A stretch of 62,969 bases of DNA, filler included, from Octopus bimaculoides (lineage: Eukaryota), in NCBI RefSeq assembly GCF_001194135.2. It is 6 parts of 6 records of this genome, joined end to end, with 100 filler letters (N's around TTAATTAATTAA, not from the genome) between each part and the next. Parts side by side here need not be neighbours in the genome. Positions count along the whole stretch, not along the records: positions 53,825 to 59,044 come from NW_026309535.1; positions 59,145 to 62,969 come from NC_068990.1; 4 more parts are not named here. The stretch is one strand, 5' to 3'. Positions 54,033-62,969 of this stretch are shown in pieces; position 1 is the stretch's first letter, and each line of letters opens with the position of its first letter. The position numbers were made by a program, and so were the translations under genes. A model generated the notes under the pieces. That model searched no databases and was not told where the DNA came from. It saw only the letters and a list, made by a program, of their open reading frames with translations.

Positions 54033-54478
54033 GTTCAGTAGTTTTATTTTTATAACGTGCTTTCACTTCACCTCCGAGCGCAGCTCTGTGTGCCTTGGGT
54101 ATGTGCTGTGGTTTTTGCTGTGATGCTCTTATGGTTACTGTATTGAAAGTGATTTGCGTAGGATGTGTGCAGTGCCCAGCGATGCAATTTTCTGTATGTT
54201 ATATATATTTGTATGTCCTGGTGTTTTTGTTATGTATTTGTCTGAATATTTTTTTAATTATACCTAAGGCACCTACTATGATAGGAATTGTAACTGTTTT
54301 TAGATTCCACATTCGAATTACCTCTATTTCCAGGTCTTTGTATTTTGAAAGTTTTTCCATTTCTTTTAGGGAAACGTTGTCATCTGCTGGTATTGATACA
54401 TCAATTAGAAAGCATTTTTTTTCTTCATGATATTTGACAACTATATCTGGTCTATTTGCCTTAATTTCTCTATCAGTG
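54033..54478 (-). mobile_element. R4/Dong LINE 3' end with (AAT)n tail
   Basis: CFLIDVSIPADDNVSLKEMEKLSKYKDLEIE...IPIIVGALGII. Tail at 54003-54032; upstream part lost in the gap. Confidence 0.85.
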
Positions 54479-55157
54479 NNNNNNNNNNNNNNNNNNNNNN
54501 NNNNNNNNNNNNNNNNNNNNNNNNNNNNNNNNNNNNNNNNNNNNNNNNNNNNNNNNNNNNNNNNNNNNNNNNNNNNNNNNNNNNNNNNNNNNNNNNNNNN
54601 NNNNNNNNNNNNNNNNNNNNNNNNNNNNNNNNNNNNNNNNNNNNNNNNNNNNNNNNNNNNNNNNNNNNNNNNNNNNNNNNNNNNNNNNNNNNNNNNNNNN
54701 NNNNNNNNNNNNNNNNNNNNNNNNNNNNNNNNNNNNNNNNNNNNNNNNNNNNNNNNNNNNNNNNNNNNNNNNNNNNNNNNNNNNNNNNNNNNNNNNNNNN
54801 NNNNNNNNNNNNNNNNNNNNNNNNNNNNNNNNNNNNNNNNNNNNNNNNNNNNNNNNNNNNNNNNNNNNNNNNNNNNNNNNNNNNNNNNNNNNNNNNNNNN
54901 NNNNNNNNNNNNNNNNNNNNNNNNNNNNNNNNNNNNNNNNNNNNNNNNNNNNNNNNNNNNNNNNNNNNNNNNNNNNNNNNNNNNNNNNNNNNNNNNNNNN
55001 NNNNNNNNNNNNNNNNNNNNNNNNNNNNNNNNNNNNNNNNNNNNNNNNNNNNNNNNNNNNNNNNNNNNNNNNNNNNNNNNNNNNNNNNNNNNNNNNNNNN
55101 ATTATTATTATTACTATTATTATTATTTGTATTAGTTTTCCTTGCTTCTGGAGTAGG

Positions 55158-55214
<57 letters not shown>

Positions 55215-56235
55215 GCCGCTGTACAGCTTCTAACGCTAGAGATGTACTACGGGGTCAGCTGTTCACTACCAGTGAACTAAGGTAACACCTCTTATTTTTC
55301 GAGCACCTTCCGGAGTACTTGAGCGGTTCCAAGCAGTGCTGTTTTCTGCAAATGTTCCACCCTTATTGCAGCCCCTATTTGATCCATGCACTTCTTGAGA
55401 TGTTTATTGACTGTTTCCAGGGCTCCGACAATTATTCGTACCACTACCACCTTTTTCATTGACCACAACCGCTTTACTCCCAAGCTAACCTGTCATACCT
55501 CTCGACTTTCCTTTCTTCCTTATCGCATGCTTTGTTGTCAGCTGGGCATGCTATATCCATGATCAGGATAGTTTAATTTCTCAATAAATACTATGTCTGG
55601 CTTCCTATTCTCTAGCTAATGGTCACAATGAATCATAAAATCTCATAGGATCTTTGCACTATCATTTTCGATGATGCCTTCGGGTTTGTGGTTTTACCCA
55701 TTTTTCTCTCTGTCAAGTCCATACTTGTTGCAAAGTGTCCAATGGAAAGACTTGCTATATTGTCGTGGCGTCTCTTATATTCCTTCTGGGCTAGTGGCGT
55801 ACATTGGCTGGTAATATGCCATACGGTTTCACTATTTTGTCCACAGATTCTGCACTTATCACTTTTTGATGTATTCTCTACTCTGTATTTTATGTAGTTT
55901 GTTCTTAGTTCTCGCTCTTGCGCAGCACAGGTTAGATCCTCCGTTTCCGGTTTTAAATCACTTTTAGTCATCCACAGACATCTTTTTTCTCTGTCTGTCT
56001 TATCTTCAACATCCCTATGAAATTGTCCATGCATTGTTTTCTTTATCCACCTATGTTCAGTTTCAATCGTTTTCAATTTCTTGTACAGTGCTTTACCTTT
56101 GCAATCCTTCCTCCTACACAAGCCTGACCGTCTTACTTCTAATAACAGCGGTTCTGTGTCAATTTTTACATACCATGCGATGTTGTTTGCTTCTGCTCTA
56201 ATACTGTGTTCGCATCCAGTAAGTCCTCATCCTCC
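55215..56235 (-). mobile_element. 5'-truncated R4/Dong LINE 3' end
   Basis: GG*GLTGCEH...MHGQFHR...CRICGQNSETVWHITSQC...KTALLGTAQVLRKVLEK*. (AAT)n tail at 55159-55214. Confidence 0.9.
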
Positions 56236-56879
56236 TGCAGAATGTGTCATGAGCATGATGAAACAGTGCACAACATCTTAACTGGATGCACAGCGCTTGC
56301 AAAAACCGAATATATTCATAGACACGATCGAGTAGCTCAATATATCCATTGGAAGATATGTAAATACTACCAGATTCCAACTTCAGAAAGATGGTACCAG
56401 CATAAACCTGAAACTGTGACCGGAAAAGATGATGTAAAAGTATTCTGGGATATGCCAATCAACACCGATAAAGAAATCAAGGCAAACTGGCCGGACATAA
56501 TCATCAAAGATGAAAATAAAAAGAAATGCTTAATGATAGATCTGACAGTACCATCAGAGAGAAATGTGTGCATTAAAGAAGCTGAGAAGTTATTTAAGTA
56601 CAAAGACCTAGAAATAGAAGTGACCAAGATGTGGAGAATGAAAATCAGCACAGGACCAGTGGGGATTGGAGCGTTAGGGCTAATTAAAAACGGCCTTGAT
56701 AAGCAGCTCAACAAACACCCTTGTAGTGTTAACGTGGAAGAGCTTCAGAAAAATAGTGTTGCTAGGTTCCGCACACATTTTACGCCGTGTACTCTCCATG
56801 AGATGAGGACCTGCTGTGACCCTAGGGTCAAGGGATGACTCCGCTTCAGTAGAAGACAGCGGACCACATTTTATTTTAA

Positions 56880-56880
<1 letters not shown>
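56236..56880 (+). mobile_element. 5'-truncated R4/Dong LINE 3' end, head-to-head with the previous copy
   Basis: Largely open CRMCHEHDETVHNILTGC...WPDIIIKD...IDLTVP...KYKDLEIE. Followed by (AAT)n then (AAG)n to about 57033. Confidence 0.9.
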
Positions 56881-56972
<92 letters not shown>

Positions 56973-56989
56973 AAGAAGAAGAAGAAGAA

Positions 56990-57021
<32 letters not shown>

Positions 57022-58090
57022 AGAAAAAGAAGAATGAGTAGTCCTTGCGATCATAGTATAGCGGTGAAATGATATGACAATACCATTAAATATAAAGACT
57101 TGCTAACAGAAATTGAAAAAAACGTGGCATCTCAAGGCGACTACCGTACCAGTGATTGTAGTATATGTAGGAAGGATAAAAAAGGTACAAAAACCTATTT
57201 GAAAATGACATCAGGAAATGCAAAAAATCCTGTTAACTGGAACGACTCGTGTACTGAGAAGAGCATTATCGCTGTGAATACAACTTCCATACATGAATTT
57301 ATTTATTTATTAATTTTTTAATACATATTTTACTTGTGAATTTGCGTGTGTAAACTGGGAATGCATAGAACGAGCTTCTCTGCCCTAGGTCCACGGAAAA
57401 CACTCGGCGAGAAATGGAAGAAAATTTGAAGAAAGAAAATAAACATAATAATAATAATATCAAAACCGCTGACAGATGGTATAAACACCATCCTGNNNNN
57501 NNNNNNNNNNNNNNNNNNNNNNNNNNNNNNNNNNNNNNNNNNNNNNNNNNNNNNNNNNNNNNNNNNNNNNNNNNNNNNNNNNNNNNNNNNNNNNNNNNNN
57601 NNNNNNNNNNNNNNNNNNNNNNNNNNNNNNNNNNNNNNNNNNNNNNNNNNNNNNNNNNNNNNNNNNNNNNNNNNNNNNNNNNNNNNNNNNNNNNNNNNNN
57701 NNNNNNNNNNNNNNNNNNNNNNNNNNNNNNNNNNNNNNNNNNNNNNNNNNNNNNNNNNNNNNNNNNNNNNNNNNNNNNNNNNNNNNNNNNNNNNNNNNNN
57801 NNNNNNNNNNNNNNNNNNNNNNNNNNNNNNNNNNNNNNNNNNNNNNNNNNNNNNNNNNNNNNNNNNNNNNNNNNNNNNNNNNNNNNNNNNNNNNNNNNNN
57901 NNNNNNNNNNNNNNNNNNNNNNNTTTTTTTTTTTTTTTTTTTTTTTTTTTTGAAATACATGGTTTACCTGTGAATTTGCGTGTGTAAACTGGGATTGCAT
58001 ACAATGAGTTTCTCTGCCCTAGGTGTATGTTAAACACTCGGCGAGAAATGGAAGAAAATTTGAAGACAGAAGGAAAAAAACAACAACAAC

Positions 58091-58131
<41 letters not shown>

Positions 58132-58145
58132 TGTTGTTGTTATTA

Positions 58146-58230
<85 letters not shown>

Positions 58231-58324
58231 AGTGGTGAGCTGTCAGAATCGTTAGCACACCAGGAAAAATGCTTAACGGTATTTCACCAGTGCCACCAAA
58301 CCTACCTATTTTCCCCAGCCATTT

Positions 58325-58976
58325 CTGCTGTGACTACGTGGAATCGATTGTGTAGTCCCTTTTTGCATATTTCTTCTTCATGTCCGTTTTGTACTTCTTC
58401 CTTTGTTTTCCCATTTTCTCTGCTTTCAATACACCCTCCTTCCTAACTGTCACTAGAAAGGTTTCCTTACTTTGGGCTATTAAACTCTCGAATTCGATAC
58501 GCACGCAGTCTTCCACACTTATCAATCCCCTTCCTCTGTTTGCTCTCTTCATGTGTAGACAATTAGTGTCTTCACGTGAATGATGGGCTCCACGCATTGT
58601 TAGAAGCTTTCTTAACTTCTTGTCCATCTCCTTTAGCTCCTCCTCCGTCTACTTCAGCATTCCAGCGCCATACCGTACTACTGCAACCGCGCGCAGGTTT
58701 ATTGCCGAAATTATGTTTCTGGCATTCAGTTTTGAAGCCAATATTTTCCACACTCGCCGCAGGTACTCTCTTTTTGTTTTTTTCTTCATATCGTTGTGTT
58801 ATGCGTTAGATTCCATCTGCCTCAAGTATTCCCGAGTAATTATAACTGGATTGAGCTTGAATTACCGTTGTCATTTCGTTATTTGGCAACCATATGCCTT
58901 CTATCCTAGCAAGCTTTCCTCATCTCAACACCATCAAAGCACATTTTGAGAGTGCAATTCCCATCTTAAATGTGGC
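58325..58976 (-). mobile_element. R4/Dong RT thumb-region fragment
   Basis: LSKCALMVLR*GKLARIEGI and MDKKLRKLLTMRGAHH...LHMKRANRGRGLISVEDC. Confidence 0.8.
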
Positions 58977-59044
58977 ATGAGGACCTGCTGTGAGATGGGG
59001 ACCTGCTGTGAGATGAGGACTTGCTGTGAGATGAGGACCTGCTG
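58977..59044 (+). repeat. 18-bp tandem repeat (ATGAGGACCTGCTGTGAG), about 3.8 units, running into a gap
   Basis: Units read directly. GAGATGAGGACCTGCTG is identical to 56800-56816 near the Dong 3' end. Confidence 0.85.
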
Positions 59045-59376
59045 NNNNNNNNNNNNNNNNNNNNNNNNNNNNNNNNNNNNNNNNNNNNTTAATTAATTAA
59101 NNNNNNNNNNNNNNNNNNNNNNNNNNNNNNNNNNNNNNNNNNNNATTTATAAAAAAAGAAGTTTGGAAACGCCACTATATCAGATAAATTTAAATTTTTA
59201 TTTTCTCAGAGATATTTTACATGTTTCGGTTCTTCTTGAAAAATGAACCTTGTGAAAAATATGTATTTTTAAAAGTAAAATGAAAGAACAGTTCATTATT
59301 TTCGCCTAATAGTTTCAACAGAGTCCACGTGGAAGCGTTTTATGTGTGGGAACATAATAGCTGTCTTGTGCGTTGA

Positions 59377-59525
59377 CTAGAATCGTTGGCTGTAGTAGTA
59401 GTAGTGACCGTGTTGGTAGTGGTGAGTGGCTGGAGTGACCATTGGCCGTAATAGCAGCAGTAGCAGAGAGCCTTGGTCGGCGTAGTAGAGTTGTATTAGT
59501 AGTTGATTGACTGTAGTAGTAGAGG

Positions 59526-59612
<87 letters not shown>

Positions 59613-59658
59613 GTGTGACTGTTTGTCGTAATAGCAGTAGCAGCAGAGACTGTTGGTC

Positions 59659-59704
<46 letters not shown>

Positions 59705-59745
59705 ATGGGACTGTTGTTTGCAGTAGTAGTAGTTATCGTGGTGGT
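59377..59745. repeat. Compound (TAG)n/(CAG)n microsatellite
   Basis: Read directly. It accounts for the low-complexity ORF 59377-59790. Confidence 0.9.
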
Positions 59746-59789
59746 GGTTGGATTGGTAGAATTCTTTTTCTTTCTTTTTTCGAAAACCA

Positions 59790-60430
59790 ATATATGGTTT
59801 TAATGTTCCTGGCCCAGGGTGTTTAAACTTGGTCTGAATTCTCTAATGAAATGAAGCTCTTGTTTTGACGTTGAGTGAAAGTTGTGTTGTTATTGAATTG
59901 GTAAAGTGGGAAGCTGTCTATGTGGCCGCTGACAGGTATTTTCCTATATTCAGGATTCCTAATTTGGGATTTACGTACTACCATCCTTTTTCGTAGGCTG
60001 TTTTATGTATGGCCTATATATTGCCTATTGCACCCTGCGCATTTTATCACATACATTACGTTTCCAGATGCACAGGTGAAGTTTGCTCTGATGGTGAAAT
60101 GATGGCCTTGTTCTAATGTATCTTCCGAACCTTCTACTAAGATGACACAGAGCCTGCAGCTGGGCCTTCCACACTTTTTTTGGGTGCAGTTTAGCCTGGG
60201 TTAAAATCTTCTTTAAGGATTTTGGTTTACTTTTTATGATGGTGCACGTTTGGAAGATTCGGTTCATCTTTGGGTCTCCCGTCAGTAGGACTGTGCTTTT
60301 GAGTATGGTGTTGAAGGCCTCATTGTTTAGTGAGTAGTGTGTAGAGATGTAGGGTTGGGTTTTTTATTCTTCATCCTGTTTTGGTTTGGGTTGTCTCAGG
60401 TTTTCTATATTTAATTTAAGTGCTCGTTGG
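59790..60430 (-). mobile_element. Penelope-like element linker + GIY-YIG fragment
   Basis: KSKPKSLKKILTQAKL, KCGRPSCRLC, FTCASGNVMYVIKCAGCNRQYIGHT, and C-terminal LHFIREFRPSLN. Confidence 0.85.
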
Positions 60431-60720
60431 ATTGGATTTTCTTATCACTTCTAAAACCTTTCCTTAAGCACATCAAAAGCTACATAAGAGACGATATAGA
60501 CATGCTTAACCACGTCCCAAAAGCAGTCAATGGGAAAGCCCTACTAGTATCCTCGGACGTAGTTAACCTTTATTCAAACATCCTCCACAACTTAGGAATA
60601 GAAGCGATCACTTTCTGGATAAACAACTACTCCTTTGAACTTCCAACTCGCATAAATAATGAACTCGTAATAGAAGGACTGAGATTTACTTTAGAAGATA
60701 ATTACTTTATATTTAATTTC
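60430..60720 (+). mobile_element. Penelope-like RT fragment, inverted relative to the adjacent GIY-YIG piece
   Basis: LLKPFLKHIKSYIRDDIDML...LLVSSDVVNLYSNILHNLGIEAI...LEDNYFIFN (PLE RT up to motif A and just before motif B). Confidence 0.85.
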
Positions 60721-61567
60721 GCAATCATGTATACTTCCTTCATTTCATTTCGACTCAGACACTCTTTACGTAGTTATTTGAATGTTTATTAAAGTACATA
60801 GCGACGTTTGGTTGCTTGGGGTTCGTTATTACTGATCTGTTTAAGGTGGTAATTTGGCAGAATCGTTTGCACGCAGGGCGAAATGCTTAGCGGTATTTCA
60901 TCTGTTTCTACGTTCTGAGTTCAAATTCCGCCGAGGTTGACTTTGACTTTCATCCTTTAAGTACCAGTGAAACCCTGTGGTTGATCTAAACGACACATCT
61001 CCTTTCCCATAATGGCTGCCCTTGTGGCGAAATTTGAAATCATTATTATTCAACTGTTTATATTCATTATGACATTTGGATAGTATGTTTGTTGTCTGTA
61101 TCGTCTTTCAGATAATATTGCATTGTGTTCTTTGGCAACGAGTTCTTCCATTTATCATTTACTACTTTTGTCAAGAACTTTATGCAGTCATATAAAGATA
61201 CAGAGACAGACTGACAAACACACATTTAGATATAACAGTGGATACGTGGAGATATACAGGCAGCTTTAGGTGTAAATAGATGATGATGAGTATATGTATG
61301 CGGAAGAATGAATGCGGTAGACGTGATAAGATTTAACCTAAATTTGTAGTATTTTTTAGCAATACTGCTAAAGATTCATATTTTGTTTATATTCATTTTA
61401 TATGCCATTATCATTTTTATCAGATATCGATGCTTCTGTAAAATGATTGCCGTTGAAATTTACAACAGTGTTACTAAAAAAAAAAATTTGTCCACGCTTC
61501 AATTCGTTTTCAAAAGAAAAAAGAAAGACGAAATACCTACGTCCAACATACCACACATTTATATACA

Positions 61568-61625
<58 letters not shown>

Positions 61626-62969
61626 TATAAATATATATATGAGACCAAAGTGTACGTACGCCGCTATTTTTTTATATATAAAAAAATACAAAAATAGGAC
61701 ATGAACTCAAAACATCTAGACAGGCGATACAAACAAAACAAGGACGGGTCCTTGTTATCTTTGAATGACCATGTGGAGTTTTCAATCCTCAATTGAGTTC
61801 CAGATTATCTTTGCAATTTCGGCTGGTTATACTCGAGATTGCTCCCATCTGGCCAGCCCCAAGGAAAAACTAAGCTAAAAGCATTAGATTCATTGGAAGA
61901 AAGCAGCGAATGTATACGAAAACAAAGACGAAAAAAAAAACGGAGAATGTTACACAAATACAAATGCAAATAACATGACATAACAACATCTGTCTTTCGA
62001 CTAAGCACGAATTATATATATATATAGCAAATAAGTAAAAAGAATGTCAAGGTACTAATGCAATACGACCGTTTCATGTGGCTCCATTTAATCGAACAAT
62101 GCAAGCTTTATATCAATTTGACATAGAGCGCCATCGTCAGTGGCAAAATAAAAATATTCAACAGTCAAGATATTTCATTATAAATTTTAGCAGATATTTC
62201 ATCAGAGCTAGAGAAGGAAAGAATCTTATGTTGCTGCTAAAGTAGCAGAATATGCTTAAAGAGAAAAAAACTTCAATTTTGGAATGGCAGAGGTGGGGAT
62301 TATGAGATTGGGAATTTAGCTACAACATATTATCTATCCATTTATCACCATCAAAAGATCTAATGCAGCTAGTATTGAGACACTAGGAGTTGTCAGTTAA
62401 ATTCTAGTTGGTGGTCAGAAATTAATATTCTTAGATATTCTCCCAAACCCTAATTCTCTATGGCAATAGATTCACTTGACCACATAAAAAACAAATCTCT
62501 GAGGAAATCATTTAGATAGTGGTATATGCCAAGAATAATAGGTAAGGTGGGTGTGACATAAACTATTTTATTATTATCAGAAAAAGTGACCTACAATAGA
62601 AAATATAGGACGCTACAATGAGAATTAGATAGAAATTAGAATTACAGAGGAAAAAATTTAGATATAATCAAAGTATAGCAAAATCAATGCATTATTAAAT
62701 TTATTATAAAAGTAATTTTTTAAAAAAATTAGTAAGGGATATAAGGACCCGGTAAGATAATAAGGATAAATAGACTAATTTAAGCACTAAAAAAGATTAC
62801 TTATTTAAAAAAAAATCTTCATTACAGTTCATCCTAGCAGAAAATAAAGGTGGTCATGATAAAACAATTCAAACAATGAATCTAACTTACGTTCAAATTT
62901 ATATCGGGGAAGGAGGGACACATTATGTAGTGATTGAAAACAAGCGATCAAAGTGAAAGAAAATTATAT

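Noticed and set aside
58930-58976. Apparent plus-strand Dong 3' end (HILRR-like)
   Set aside because: The same bases translate better on minus as the RT segment (...LSKCA...), so they belong to the minus fragment.
62400-62969. Possible Penelope RT N-terminal remnant (FILAENKGG resembling PADKG)
   Set aside because: Single weak motif in very AT-rich, stop-riddled sequence.

Overview
AT-rich, repeat-dominated animal genomic DNA. The SINE, R4/Dong LINE and microsatellite repertoire looks like an Octopus genome (inference from recalled repeat families, not a database search). Five 100-bp spacers (44 N + TTAATTAATTAA + 44 N) suggest six scaffold pieces have been joined, and there are many internal N gaps. 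Most ORFs in the supplied track are microsatellite, gap or transposon artefacts. The only host gene I can recognise is extended synaptotagmin (Esyt2-like), seen as two minus-strand SMP-domain exons (15130-15171 and 13642-13779). There is also a CpG-rich ETS-motif promoter/first-exon candidate at about 69-220 and two orphan exon candidates. The rest is transposon debris: many R4/Dong REL-endonuclease LINE pieces attached to (TAA)n, three Penelope-like GIY-YIG/RT remnants, an L1/Tx1 and a CR1-like fragment, two mariner remnants, hAT and piggyBac elements, a foldback element and three tRNA-type SINE families. The most notable observation is a non-coding repeat, present twice (5994-6238+ and 14707-14979), that joins a tRNA-like Pol III head to a minimal type I hammerhead ribozyme. 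The copy with an intact core lies in the sense orientation inside an Esyt intron, and its head is inverted-duplicated into a 73-bp-stem hairpin about 70 nt from the splice donor. No rRNA, convincing true tRNA gene or CRISPR array was seen.
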